Shown here: positions 47,139-60,275 of the stretch, piece by piece
Layout: each line of letters opens with the position of its first letter
Numbering within the stretch: position 1 is the first letter of the stretch
Origin: Pseudogymnoascus verrucosus
Taxonomy: Eukaryota
NCBI GenBank assembly: GCA_001662655.1
Contig: KV460287.1
Length of the DNA stretch: 64,000 nt
Direction: 5' to 3' (one strand)
Made by a program: the position numbers and the translations under genes
Notes under the pieces: model-generated
Database searches by the model: none
Seen by the model: the letters and a program-made list of their open reading frames with translations, nothing else
Told to the model about the DNA's origin: nothing

Positions 47139-48565
47139 CTAAAGCGCCCGGGACAGCCTATAACATTTTGGCAGCCACTCATCAACCTCCTTCTCCCTGC
47201 CCGTGACAAGTCCAACCAGCGCCTCCGCAGACTGAAATGCGAGTCCCATGCCTGGATACGTCAGTTAAAAACTCCCATAAAACAGTCAACCAACTCACCA
47301 TGTCCATTAAACCCCGCACAAATCCAAAGCCCCTCCTTTCCAGGTGCCTCACCGACCAAAGGATGATGATCAGTAGTCGTCCCCATAATCCCCGTCCACT
47401 CCTGCAGCACCGCACCCTTCTCACCCCAAGTCTCCTCGCCGAATAAATTCGTCGCTGCATTGGTCAGATACTCCGATATCTCAGGATGGAGCGTGGTGTC
47501 ATCAAAGGTCCTCTGAATCCCAACCTTTCCATGCCAGCTGCCGACGCCTTTAGGTCCTGTTAGTGGACGTATCCATCCAGAGCGCTAAGGGGCACACTTA
47601 CCAAATATGAGATCTCCATCACCAGAGACACCGTCGGCTCGGGACTGGAAATAGGGGTAACCCTCAGTAGTATGGATTGCGGCAGTCCGCCTGAGAGCCG
47701 GGTTACCTTCTATCTTCGACCCAGGGCGCACGGTAGCCATCTGGCCTCTTGCGGGCTTAATGAAATCTGCTAGCGGGGGATACAGGGCCGCTGTATACGC
47801 ATTCGTAGCCAGGATGACCTTCTCGGCCTTGATCTCACCACGATCCGTTCGAACCGTCCACAGCTTCGAGTTTGGATCTTGCGAGACCTCAAGAGCCGCT
47901 GTGTTCGTCTGGAGATTCATCCCCTTCTTAAGACTAATCTCCAGCAGCGCGCACACAAGCTTATACGGCGAGAGTATGTATGCCAGGTAAGAAATCGCAC
48001 CAACTCCATCAGGAAACAAAAGTTCCTCTCTCGTCTCCTTCTCACTCCAAACCTTGTGCTCTCTCAATCCTGGCACACCGACCTCTTCACGCGCCTTTAA
48101 TGCCGCCAGCGCCGCCTCCCACTGCTTCGGATCCACAAACACATCCAACGACTCTCGCGCCCTAAAATCACAATCGATACTATGTTCGTCCACCAACGCC
48201 GCTACAGCGCGCACATTCGTCTCCTCGAGGTTCTCTACACGCAGAGCTTCCTCAACGCCAATGAGATCCAAATTATTCTTGAACTCCAAGTAATCACCCG
48301 GCCGACAATGCCCGCCGTTGCGTCCCGTGGCGCCGCTGGAGGCTTGTCGGGCTTCGAGGAGGACCACGGAGGCGGAGGGCTCGGCGAGGAGGAGCTTATG
48401 AGCTATGCTGGCGCCGGTGATGCCGGAGCCGACAATTAGGTATTTGGTGGAGGGGGGGAGGGAGGGGGTGGTGCGGTGGTCGGAGATGGGGAGGGGAGGG
48501 GTTTGCCAGTATGATTTTGTGGGGTTGGGGAAGGGGAGGCTGGTGAGGGGAGTGGTGGAGGCCAT
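47139..48565 (-). CDS. FAD-dependent oxidoreductase (DAO-like family)
   Basis: IVGSGITG, LLEAR..SGATGRNGGH, VILATNAY; downstream exons give EWTGIMG..D..PLVG, WICAGFNGHGMG; two introns near 47548-47601 and 47252-47298. Confidence 0.9.
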
Positions 48566-49333
48566 TGTGAGTGTTTGGGTTGGAATGTGAGTTTGGGATT
48601 GATAGATGATGGGCGATAATGTATAACAAGGTGGTGTAATGTATCACAGAGGGAAGCTGGATATAAAGTGAGGCGCTTTATACACGGTTGAGTATCGAGA
48701 AGATGGAATATAAAGTTATTTGATTATGAAGCAAATAGAGCCCGCGTCACATACACGCGTAGACCAAAGGGAACGATGAGTCAAATTGAACTTCCTTGCC
48801 TGTTGAGATCCTCGCTATACTTGTTTAGTTGCTGACGCGCGGTGGTTCGCGGTGCCATTAAAGATGAAATCTTGCTATAGAACGTGCTATGGCCAGAGGA
48901 TGGATAGGATTCGTGGAGATCAAATCCTTCTAGAAACCCACATGATAGTAATATTTCAAAATATTCAAGTTCTGCACACCAGTCGTAAGCTCGACGCGCT
49001 CAATGCTGTCCCAGGAAGGTGACGTTGTGTTTGGCAGGAGCGATCGTGCTAGCACGTGACATCAAGTCTAAATTTCAGCCTTGCGCCAACAAACACCTTG
49101 AAGGAATTTGAGCTTCACCTTCCCCATCAGATCGTCACGACCACAACACCACGTCCTCCACCACGTAATCATCACTCACGCCGATTCACACCACCTCACC
49201 TGTGTCACGCATCTCAAACCATCCACCGCTTCACCAAACTTCGCCTTGCGCGGTCCATTTGCCACTGCACCTACCCAGGCGCAAGAGGTACGTCTAACCA
49301 CCACACAAAGGTCTACAGACACAGTCATTCATC

Positions 49334-50416
49334 ATGTCCTACCCGCCTCCTCCAGGCCTTAGCTCCTACTCCAAATCAACCTCTCAACCATCTTCTCTCC
49401 CCGCGCGCCCTCCCCCCTCCGCCGTCCCCGCCGCAGCATTCAAACCGAACTACGCCAACCCGCCCTCCAACTATGCCGCCGCGCCCTACCAATCCCAGGG
49501 CTTCGTGCCCCGCGGCGTCCAGCCGCCCGCCATGAGCGCGCCAGCGTACGGCGCACAGCCATCATACAATTCCTCATACCAGTCCAGCAACTACGGCGGG
49601 CAACAGGGCTACCAAGCTGAACAACAACAAGACGCATACGGCACGCCGCAAATCAGAAACCCCTTCCCTCTCCCCGGCCAGCCCGGCGCAGCAGGCCACT
49701 ACGACGCCGCAGCCGACCCAGAGATGGAAGCGCAGATCGCACAATGGCAGTCCGCATACTCGAAAGACAACAGCGCCTCCACGCAGCCCACAGGGCGTCC
49801 GACATACGCCACAAACCCCAGCGCAGGAGGCGGCACCAGCGGCGCCGCGACGAGTGCGAATGCCGCGCCGCTGGGCGGGCGCGAGGTTAGTTCCGCGGTC
49901 AACGCCGACACGGGCGTAGCGACTGTGGTGGGTGGGAAAGACGGGAAACAAGCTACGGTTGTGCGCTCGGGTGGTGGTACGCAGTGGACGGATTCCTCGC
50001 TACTCGAGTGGGACCCCGCGCACTTCCGGATCTTCGTCGGCAACCTCGCCGGCGAGGTGACGGATGAGAGTCTCCTGAAAGCCTTCGCGAGGTGGCCATC
50101 CGTGCAGAAGGCGCGCGTGGTGCGCGACAAGCGGACGACGAAGAGTAAGGGGTTTGGGTTTGTGAGTTTTGCGGACGGGGATGATTTTTTTCAGGCCGCG
50201 AGGGAGATGCAGGGAAAGTATATTGGGAGTCATCCTGTGCTGATTAAGAGGAGCACGACGGAGATCAAGGCGGTGGTGCCGAGGGATAATAAGAGGGGGA
50301 GGGGGGGGAGGAATAATAGGGATAAGGATAGGGGGAAGGGGGGGCAGGGGGTGAAGGAGGGGGGGGTGCAGAAGGCGGGGCAGAAGACGAAGGGGGGGTT
50401 GAAGATTCTGGGGTAG
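49334..50416 (+). CDS. RRM RNA-binding protein, RBM42-like
   Basis: WTDSSLLEWDPAHFRIFVGNLAGEVTD, RDKRTTKSKGFGFVSF (RNP1), MQGKYIGSHP. Confidence 0.88.
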   Translation: MSYPPPPGLSSYSKSTSQPSSLPARPPPSAVPAAAFKPNYANPPSNYAAAPYQSQGFVPRGVQPPAMSAPAYGAQPSYNSSYQSSNYGGQQGYQAEQQQDAYGTPQIRNPFPLPGQPGAAGHYDAAADPEMEAQIAQWQSAYSKDNSASTQPTGRPTYATNPSAGGGTSGAATSANAAPLGGREVSSAVNADTGVATVVGGKDGKQATVVRSGGGTQWTDSSLLEWDPAHFRIFVGNLAGEVTDESLLKAFARWPSVQKARVVRDKRTTKSKGFGFVSFADGDDFFQAAREMQGKYIGSHPVLIKRSTTEIKAVVPRDNKRGRGGRNNRDKDRGKGGQGVKEGGVQKAGQKTKGGLKILG

Positions 50417-50609
50417 ACTGGGGGGTCTGTTGTGATGGGAGTTGGGGAGTCGTGGGAGTTGGAGGGGGGATTATCTTGGGAGTTGTTGTTTGTAGACGGA
50501 GGGTTCTCAGCGAACGGAAGGGCTTGTGGTGGAAGAGGGTGAGGAGTCATGCAGATGTCCGATAGTTGTTTGGTGGTTAATAGCATGGACTTTGTTCAAG
50601 ATACTGTTC

Positions 50610-51180
50610 GCACTCCCACTCAGCACTGTTGTCATGACAAACAGCATCAAGTCTGCCCTCGTTCGCAGTCAGCATTGAAGCGTGACAGATAGGATCACTA
50701 CCTTTGTTCACACACTCAGCATTGAAGCGTGACAAACAGTACCAGTATGTTCACACTCAGCATGGAAACAGTGACAAACAGCATCACTCACCTCCGCCAC
50801 AAACGGGCTGGTGAGACGAGTGAACAGACATCTGCTAGCTTGGTTTTTGACAGCATCAATCCGTCCACCCGTTTGTCCCAGCAACAGCCAGACACCTCCC
50901 TCCTCGCCCAGCTCTGGCCGCCACAAACGCGTTAGTGAAACACGTGAACAGACATCTGATAGCTTGGATTTTGACAGCATCAACCCGTCCACCCGTTTGT
51001 CCCATCAACCGACAGACTCCTCCCACCTCGCCCAGCTCTGGCCCTCACAAACGCGTTAATGAAACACGTGAACACACATCCAACAGCTTGAGCTTGGTCT
51101 TTGACAGCATCAACCCATCCACCCGTTTGTCCCCCACAATCCACAATCGACAGACATCTCCCTTTCTGCCCAGCCCCCCT
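50610..51180. repeat. Composite non-coding tandem repeat: about four 40-55 bp units followed by three 124-bp units
   Basis: CACTCAGCAT...GTGACA(A)ACAG units at 50610-50790; 124-bp units start at 50794, 50918 and 51042 (CACAAACG...TTTGACAGCATCAA.CC.TCCACCCGTTTGTCCC...GCCCAGC). Confidence 0.9.
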
Positions 51181-52951
51181 GCCCAGCACCATCAAACCCC
51201 CCCTCCAACCCGTCCCGTGACACTGAAACACGTGACCAGCCTACCTGTGCCGTGACATCATGCATCCTCAAACTCTATGCGTCAGCTCGGACGGATGCAG
51301 ACCGAGCGTACAACCCGCGCCGTAGTACAAGTCCGTGTTAAGGGAGAAAGAAATGGGATGGGATGGGATGGGATGGCATGAGTGGAATTGGCGCATCACA
51401 TCAGGAGGAATGATGGTGGAACGTCGGAGCGGTGGCCGCCCAGACTGTCTGTGACTGTGGTTTGAGGGTTGAGGGCTTTTGTCTTGGCTGGCGGGGTTGG
51501 CGGCAGGAAGGGGAGGGAGGGGTGAAGTAGGTGGGTGAGGTGAAGGTGAGGGTGAGCAAGGGAGGGGTGAGTAAGCTGTGTGCGTTTGGGGTAATCAGCG
51601 TGCAGTTTGGGTTTGGCATGGCATGTCATTGAATGGATTCGTCTAATGGCCGTCTGTCTATGTAATGGTTGATAATGGCGGGGAGATGGTATTACTACAG
51701 TCCTTCCATAAGACGAGTGAACGAGTTAAGTAAGAGTGCGATAAGAAGTTGTCAATCAATCAATCAAACAAGAAAAATCACGGCTGGCTGGCCGCCTGTT
51801 ACCCTGCGCCGTTGTACGTATTGTAATTGCCCCTCCCCCTCCTCTCCTCTCCGTATCGCTCGTTCGTTCGTTCGCTCCTGCGCGATAAAAAAGCCACACT
51901 AACCCTACACCAACCCCCACTACGAGGGGCAACAGTACTCCTCCGATGTACATACCCGCCGCGCTCTGCACCGGAGAAATTACGAGTCTACCATAGTACT
52001 CCGTACTACTGTTGGGATCGTACTATCTCGCCGGCCGCGGCGCTGTTGCTCGCGTTTGATTTACCCGGTGCCGGCGCTTGGTACGCTTTTTTTTTGCTTT
52101 GGTGGGGGGTGGGTGAGGGGTTCCTGAGGCCGGTGTTCTGAAGCCTGCCCTGCTTCACCTGTGTTTCCTTTTTTTGTGTGTGGAGGGGTTCGGTGGGAAT
52201 GTGGTGTGACTTTTGTTAATGGGGGTTGACGAGGCTGAATGAGGGGTGTTAGAGGGTGGTGGGATGGTTGGGATGATGGTTGGTGATGCATTGGGATGGT
52301 TGTTTGAGGGTGGGATGTGGTGGGATTTGGTGGGATGGTATGTATGGCATGTATGGTAGTATGTATGGAGATAATAGTAGTATGGCAGTAGTATGGAGTG
52401 GCATAAGTCTGGTAAACAAAGACAAGACAACACGGCGAGTTACAGCTATGTACTGTAACTTCAATTGCTGCGTTTGAGGTCTGAGGGCCGGTTTGAGTGA
52501 CTCTACCACGGACCATCCTACGGACAATTCTACCAATTCTACCAGCAATTCTAACAGCAAATACTACAAACTATACTGATTAATTGATTGAGCATAAAAC
52601 ACAAATTCCTTCTTTCTGCCAATTAACTGCTCCATTGCCTGATTGACTGACTGACTCCTCCTCCTACTGGTCAATATGGGAAAAGTGTACAAACACCCCA
52701 AAGAAAGTACTCTGCTTAAATAACGAGGTCGCCGTACTATTTCCCTGCCCCACTAAGCAGTAATCAATCATTCCCCCTCATCGCTCATCGTCACTACCAT
52801 CCCTCTCTCTCTCCCTCTCTTCCATCCACAGCTTCAAACTTCTTTTACCTTTCTGAAATAGAAATCCAATTCTGTGAATCGGATTCTCTCTCTTCTATTC
52901 CATCTAACTACAAATACCAACCACACATCTTCGCTCTTCCAATCCCTCAAC

Positions 52952-54815
52952 ATGAGCGGTCCAGTGTAAGTACAAAAAGCTCCCTCCTCACTGCCCCGCT
53001 ATCGCTTTCGTCATGGCTCAGAGCTCAACGAATTCTGCCTGCCATGCCATCCCAAAGCACTCCCACGCCCTGAATACCCTCCAAAAAAATACCCCTCTCT
53101 CCAGTTCCCTTTCACTCTTCAAAAAGATCAGGACAAAGATTCCAAAAAGTTGACTTGCGTTCTTTTTGCTGACTTTAGCGCACGTCTTGCTGGCATTAAT
53201 GTCGGCGAGGATGCGCGTATTCCCAGCGGCGATTTCGGCCTCATCGGCCTGGCTGTCATGGGACAGAACCTGATCCTCAATGCTGCTGATAACGGATTCA
53301 CCGTTGTGGCCTTCAACCGTACCGTCAGCAAGGTCGACCACTTCCTCGAGAACGAGGCCAAGGGTGAGTGAATGAACCCCCACCACAACCTGCACCGGAC
53401 AACCGGAGAGAGCATAGACTGACAAATGACATCCAGGAAAGTCAATCGTCGGTGCTCACTCCATCGAGGAGTTCTGCTCCAAGCTTAAGTCTCCCCGCCG
53501 CATCATGCTCCTCGTCATGGCCGGCAAGCCCGTCGATGACTTCATCGAGACTCTCCTCCCCCACCTCGAGAAGGGCGACATCATCATTGATGGCGGCAAC
53601 TCGCATTTCCCAGACACCACCCGCCGCACAAAGTACCTCGACACCAAGGGTATCCGCTTCGTCGGCTCCGGTGTCTCTGGTGGTGAGGAGGGTGCCCGCT
53701 ACGGCCCCTCGCTGATGCCCGGTGGTAACGAGGAGGCGTGGCCTTTCATCAAGGACGTCTTCCAGTCCATTGCTGCCAAGTCTGATGGCGAGCCTTGCTG
53801 CGAGTGGGTTGGTGATGAGGGTGCTGGCCACTACGTCAAGATGGTCCACAACGGTATTGAGTACGGTGACATGCAGTTGATCTGCGAGGTGAGTTTATCA
53901 AATTGTGTGTAGTTAAAAAAATACTAACCCCTGCAGGCCTACGATATCATGAAGCGCGCTCTTGGAATGTCGAACAAGGAGATCGGTGACGTTTTCACCA
54001 CCTGGAACAAGGGCGTCCTCGACTCCTTCCTGATCGAGATCACCCGCGACATCATGTACTTCAACGACGAGACCGACGGCCAGCCCCTCCTCGAGAAGAT
54101 CCTCGATTCCGCCGGCCAGAAGGGAACCGGCAAGTGGACCGCCATCAACGCTCTCGACCTCGGCATGCCCGTCACCCTGATCGCCGAGTCCGTCCTCGCC
54201 CGCTGCCTCTCCTCCATCAAGGGCGAGCGCACCCGCGCCTCCGAGAAGCTGCAGTTCGTCGGCCGCTCGACCAAGTTCGAGGGCAACAAGGAGCAGTTCC
54301 TCGCCGATCTCGAGCAGGCCCTCTACGCCTCCAAGATCATCTCCTACGCCCAGGGCTTCATGCTCATGCAGGAGGCCGCCAAGGAGTACAAGTGGAAGCT
54401 CAACAAGCCATCCATCGCCCTCATGTGGCGCGGAGGATGCATCATCCGCTCCGTCTTCCTCAAGGATATCACCGACGCCTACCGCACCAACCCAGACCTC
54501 GAGAACCTCCTCTTCTCCGACTTCTTCAACAAGGCTATCCACACCGCCCAGCCCGGATGGAGAGACGTCGTCTCCAAGACTGCCCTTCTCGGTATCCCAA
54601 CTCCTTGCTTCAGCACTGCGCTGTCGTGGTTCGATGGTTACCGCACTAAGGATCTCCCCGCCAACCTGCTCCAGGCCCAGCGTGATTACTTCGGTGCCCA
54701 CACCTTCAAGATGAAGCCAGAGGCTGCCAATGAGAAGTACCCCGCTGACACTAACATCCACGTTAACTGGACTGGACGTGGAGGAAACGTGTCGGCGTCG
54801 ACGTACCAGGCTTAG
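52952..54815 (+). CDS. GND1: 6-phosphogluconate dehydrogenase, decarboxylating
   Basis: Exons 52952-52965, 53179-53363, 53437-53888, 53937-54815; [63 protein letters not shown]. Confidence 0.98.
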
Positions 54816-55219
54816 AGGGATTGCTTGCTAGGGTGACTTAAGTTGGGTCGTTCGGATAATGAGGGGAAAGGAGGCAAAAGTATTGTGCCTTCTGGAGGAA
54901 AATACTGAAGACTGAATGATGGAAAAAGGGAAAAATTTAGATTGTGAAGATGTGAGAGTGGAGGGAATGATGAAAGTTTTAACAATTAACTTTTTTTTGA
55001 TCTTGAATTGAATTAAATTGAATGCAATGAGTGGTACGGGATTAATTCGGTGCGATGTCTTCTCTGTGATGCGTGAAGTTATAAGTGGACTGGGCGTGTT
55101 TAAAAGAGGGTTGGAGCTCACCTGGATTGGGATGGGTGATAGGTGAGGTGAGGCACCCTCTTTTTATACTTCGCTGGTCAGCGGTTTAAGATAATGAAGA
55201 TGAAGACTGTTGATGGGTA

Positions 55220-56630
55220 ACTGAACGACCGACCTATGAAAATAGCGAAATAGAGAAGGATCGACTCAAAAGATATTTTAATAGGGCAAGAACGACCAGC
55301 TCAAAGAAGGAAAGAGCGACCGGCTTTAGAGAGAGGTGGGGAAGGAACGACCGACTACATGAGGAAGGAATGACTAGCTATTAAGGAAACGAACGACCGT
55401 GTAAGTGAGGAAGGAACGACTGTGTAAAAAGGGAAGGAACGAGTCGTGTGTGTAAAAAACAGCGGGAGGAAGGACTGGCTCAAAGCAAAGAAAAGAGCGA
55501 CGAACTGTTACGAAACTGATTTCAGTAGCAAAAGTGAATAAGTGCAGGCCAACGAAAATCTAGCTATAAGCTCAACATGACCCATTCATCTCTCAGCAAC
55601 CATCGCCTTTCTGTCTCTTAGGAGCTGTCCTATAATCTTCTCCACTCACGCACGTTATCCTCTCGGCTTCTCTTTCCCCCCTTGCCTCCCTTCTCTCCCT
55701 CTCCGCCAGCCGGGACATCTGTAGCAGCCTGGTTTTCCTGCACAGCCTACGCAGGTACAGTCCGGCCAGCTCAACCACCCCCCCTATAATAATATAATCC
55801 CCCTCCTCAATCTGTCCTCTTAAATAATCTGCCTCTCTCGCCGTCATCTATTTTCATGTCACCGTTTCATTCCCTGTCGCCGCACCAGCCCCTGTTCTCA
55901 CCAACCCCTTTTCTCACCGACTTTCTTTTCTCACCAACCACATCTTGATATTCTCGAAATTAAGACATCATGGCATCTCCTCGCCAACTTCAAACAGCTC
56001 AATACCCAAAATCGACTTTGGTGCTTGGGCTGCTGAATGCACCCAGAATCATCTTTCGATGTGCCGGATCTTTTATCGGCGTAATTGAGGAAGGGACGGA
56101 CGACTCGTGTAAAAAAGGGAAGGAACGACGGCCAACTGTTGAAGGAAGGAACGACCCATGCAATATTCGCAACAGGGGAAGGAACGACCGACTGTCCGTA
56201 ACGTCGCTAGTTATAATGACTATAAGTAAAATAGATGCCCAGAATCACTAGTAACTAACTATAACAGCACCGTTTATAGTAACTGTAAGAAAAATGCATT
56301 CGCTAGGGAAGGGACGACCGACTAAGGAAGGAAGGAGCGACTGAGTCAAAAAGGAAGGAACGACCATGTAAGAATGGAAGGAACGATCGTCTAAGAGGGG
56401 AAGGAACGACTATGTAAAAATGGAAGGAACGGCCAAGTATTAAGGGAAGGAACGACCCTTGAAATATCTCAATAGGGGAAGGAACGACTGACTAAGTGAG
56501 GAAGGAACGACCAACTACTGAGGGAAAGAATGACCGACTAAGTGAGGAAGGAGCGGCGGTGTCAAAAAGGGAAGGAACGAACAACTAAGGAGGGAAAGAA
56601 CGACCGTATTTTGCATTTTTCGTTCCTTCT
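55220..56630 (+). repeat. Dispersed GGAAGGAACGAC minisatellite in two clusters
   Basis: Roughly twenty or more copies by eye at 55220-55450 and 56085-56610, spacing mostly 20-35 bp; one inverted copy (TCGTTCCTTC) near 56620. Confidence 0.85.
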
Positions 56631-56813
56631 TTATATGGATGAAAAGGCTAGATTTTATTGATATGTCTCCCCTAAGCCACATCCCCTAGTCCATTATTGC
56701 TGCACCCCTTCCCCCCCCCATCGCCGCCATCGTTGAAGCTCCTTCGCTATCTTCCTACCCCACGGCGCCCATGCCAGCTCACAAAAGTACCAAGTCTACA
56801 CAAACGGAGAAGA

Positions 56814-57900
56814 CTAGTAACTTTTGCCCGTGATTCCTTTGATTTCTCCGAGAATATGTGCCCATAAACTCTCTTCAGCGCCATCAGCTTTTGCCTTAGC
56901 AAGGTGCTCATATACTCTATCCGACACATTCTCAGCGTCGAAGTTGATAGTGTAACTACCACTTCCTAGCTGTCCATCTGAGCCTTTAGCAACAGGAATG
57001 CCATCCGCGAGGGGAACACCAGCAGCGCTACCCTCAGCTGGCGGGAACCTCGCGCTAGTAGCGCCGTACACCTGCCTTATTCCGCATTCCGTAGAAGAAA
57101 TATGCTTCAAAAAGATGGGACCAATCAAGCCGAACACTGCTCTAGCTGGGATTGTCCAACTCCCAAGATCCTTGCCAAAGTTTGTCTTGACACCCGCTGG
57201 GTAGTTGTGGATGAAGGTAACGTCGGGTGCCTGTCGTGCCATCGAATTGTGTGCCATGGTAATCATCGACGCTATGTGAGCTCGGGATTTCAAGGGGTGT
57301 TTAATTGGGTATTCGGTCCATTCTTTGTCGTTGAATGGCCCTTCGAAACCGCCTGCGAAGACTGAGATGACGCGTTTGAGGGAATTTGCTTTCTGGAGAG
57401 CGGGCAGGAGATTGAGGGTGAAGAGAATGCGTGATGTGACTGGAAGGACATAGGACTTGGCGAGCCCTTCTGACGTTTCTAATAAAAGCAAATGAGTTAG
57501 CTTTGACAAAATTTGAAGAGATTGATCAATGATAACATAGATGTGTCTTACTTTCCATAAGTAGGGTACCCTGAGTCTGAAATAGAAGATTGATAGAATC
57601 TTCCTTGGCGAGGATCTGTTGGCACACCTTGTCGACGTTCTTGAGAAGACTAATGTCCGATTTAATAAATGTGTACTGCCCAGTGGGATTTAAGTCCCTA
57701 GACTCGGCAATGATACGATTCGCTGCATCCTCAGAACGGCCTACAAGATATATCTTCGGGTCCTTGGCTTGTTGGGCAAATTCCTTGAGAGCATACTCCC
57801 CAATGCCGCTCGTGGCGCCGACAAAGACCGCCACCAAACCAGCAGGAAGGGCGGTGGAGATTCTCGAGTTGGATGCCTCGACGGCGGATAAAGTGACCAT
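56814..57900 (-). CDS. Short-chain dehydrogenase/reductase-like oxidoreductase
   Basis: AVFVGATSGIG Rossmann motif, YLVGRS, FIKSDISLLKNVD; intron 57551-57479; FIHNYPAGVKT. Confidence 0.88.
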
Positions 57901-58494
57901 GGCTGAATTAGAAAGGGTTCTTCGAGGTACGAGGATAATTTGATGTCAAGAAATAGATGCGTAATCCCAGGTGTCGAGCATAAGACGATGCGTCTTAACG
58001 GTTATCAAGCCCGAATTAATACGCAGAAGTTCTCTCTTTGAGGAAACAACGTCCCTATAAGTAGTCTTTCTCTTTACTTAAGCCCGCACACGAGAATCTC
58101 ATAGAGCTGACCCCCGACTTATTACTACTTAGTTCGCATGCTTCAAAAGTAGGCCTTCACCAGACATCTCAATGACATTTTCGCCATTTACAGTTAGATC
58201 GTACACAGACCCTTACCTTAAAAGTAGGCCAACGTCATGCATTTTGATGACATTTTTGCCATTTACGGTTAGACCACACACGGACCCGTTGCTTAAATCC
58301 GGCCCTAGCTCCGCCTCATTTATCATTCTTGAAGCACTTGGATGACATTTTCTCCTTACGCCGCTTAGTTCCAACCTGTATTTCAACTACAAGTCTAATC
58401 CGAGCAACGACTCGATGAAACCTAGGGCCATCAGCTCCCATTCTTTATTTGGGGATGTGTTGCTGAATCACCTAAGAGACTCGGTACCCACTCG

Positions 58495-59518
58495 ATGATG
58501 GCGACCGAGCGAGTCGAAACTCAAGGGCAACGGAGGAAAATACAAAATCGGATTAACCAGAGAGCACGAAGTAAGTATCCAGAATTATCACACTTATCTG
58601 CCTTCCCTCTCGGGCCGTGAAACTGACTGTGCAGGGCTGCGCATGAGAGATGCAGGCGACGTAGGCAAGACTGCCAGCCAGAATCAATATCAAATTGAGT
58701 GCTGGCGCCTAGACGAACACAATAATACCTGTGTTCAAATCGAGACCCCCTTGGATCCTTCCCCACGATTGGGAAATCGCCAACAAGATCACAGCCAAGA
58801 CGATAGCAATGGCAATCGCTTCTCAATCACTAAGATAGAGCTCGATACGATGAATTGCGACAACATAAGGAGCGCAGCTCAGCTATTCCACCTAAAGCTG
58901 TCACCATTACAGGATCACTTATTGAGTCTTATACAATTCAATGTCCTACGTGCTATCTTTAGCAATAAATCTACGCTCATGAGTTCAGCGGCATATTTTA
59001 AGATGGTTAATATATCGAATAAGCCACAAATTGAACGCATTCAGGATTGTTATCCTACCCGAGCAATAGTCGTCTCAGCATCAAGTGGAATTCCCGTCTC
59101 GCTTCTTCCAACACAGCTACAAGCAACTGTCGAGCACTCGACATGGATCGATCTGATACCATTCCCAAGAATGCGGGATAACCTGATCAAACCCAAGGCC
59201 GAGTATGATCCCGTTGAGCTCGCTCGTGATATCATTGGCGACCTCGTCGACTTTGCAAGCGCCTACGACCTTAGTCGTCCATCGGATACAGATGATGCAG
59301 AGAATGCATTAGATTGGTCAAAGCGCGAGAACGAAAGCACTGCTGGTCGAAACGGACTTGTGATATGGGGGGAACCGCACTGCCCGGAGAACTGGGAAGT
59401 TACTCCTGGTTTTCTGCAGAAGTGGCGCTGGACTCTTGAAGGTTGCCAAGACGTGTTGGACTCAAGCAACCGTTGGAGGCTGCTTCGGGACGAGGAGCCT
59501 CTCACTACGATTGACTAA
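58495..59518 (+). CDS. bZIP-like basic region plus DUF3425-type domain protein (putative transcription factor)
   Basis: Exon 1 RRKIQNRINQRARR, intron 58571-58634; DHLLSLIQFNVLRA, SLLPTQLQATVEHSTWIDLIPFPRMRDNLI, IWGEP...WEVTPGFLQKW. Confidence 0.85.
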
Positions 59519-60275
59519 ATGTTATGGAATTAGTAATGCAGAGAGTTGCATCCGCTGGTGAATCCCTCACCTGGCCCCATTCCCTTTTATCACGGCGGCA
59601 GCGGATGCATACAATGTGTCCGGGGACACAACAGCAGCCGCAGATGAAGCTCACGCCGAGCGATGGCCAGTGCACACTGTTTGCGGGCCGGGCCCGTGGG
59701 GCACAGCCATAGGGCCCACAGGCTAGGATCAGTGGATGCCCAGATGTCCACTGCAATATTACACAAAGCTTGGGATACCTTACCTCTCTTGGCGCAACAA
59801 GACTTCCAAATAGTAATTTACATTGTCAAAGGCCCCCATGAAAATGAAATGCTAGTAATAGTCGATAATTATCCATTTTTTTAAACCATAGCTCTAATTA
59901 GAAGAGACATAATCCATTCCAACATGACCAACGTACAGAAACGCCAAAGCCAGAATGAACCTAGAAGGAGAGGCTCTTTAACCAAAATGGTATACGAGTA
60001 CAGCGAATTATACGGCGCAGACGTAGCTCGTGCGCGCCGTTATTGAGTACGTTAACTAATGTAGATGCTCCTTCTGGCGCTTAATAACAGGGGTAAAAGA
60101 CGACTCTGCGAATCTCTTCGCTAAATGATGGGAAGAACAACCAATCCCTGACTTATGGGTAATTACCCTGCATAATAGATAGTATGAGAGATAAATAACC
60201 TGAAACCTCCCAACCCTTTGTATGTACTCCTTCCATTTCCATCCTCAGCTTCACACCCGGACTCCCATCATAGAA

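Noticed and set aside
53913..54761. 282-aa antisense ORF, and similar antisense ORFs over HXK, POL5, RMT2 and SSR4
   Set aside because: Shadow ORFs caused by strong codon bias of the real genes on the opposite strand.
55220..56630. CRISPR-like repeat-spacer appearance
   Set aside because: Eukaryotic context, core only ~12 bp and degenerate, spacers irregular and similar to each other, no cas genes.
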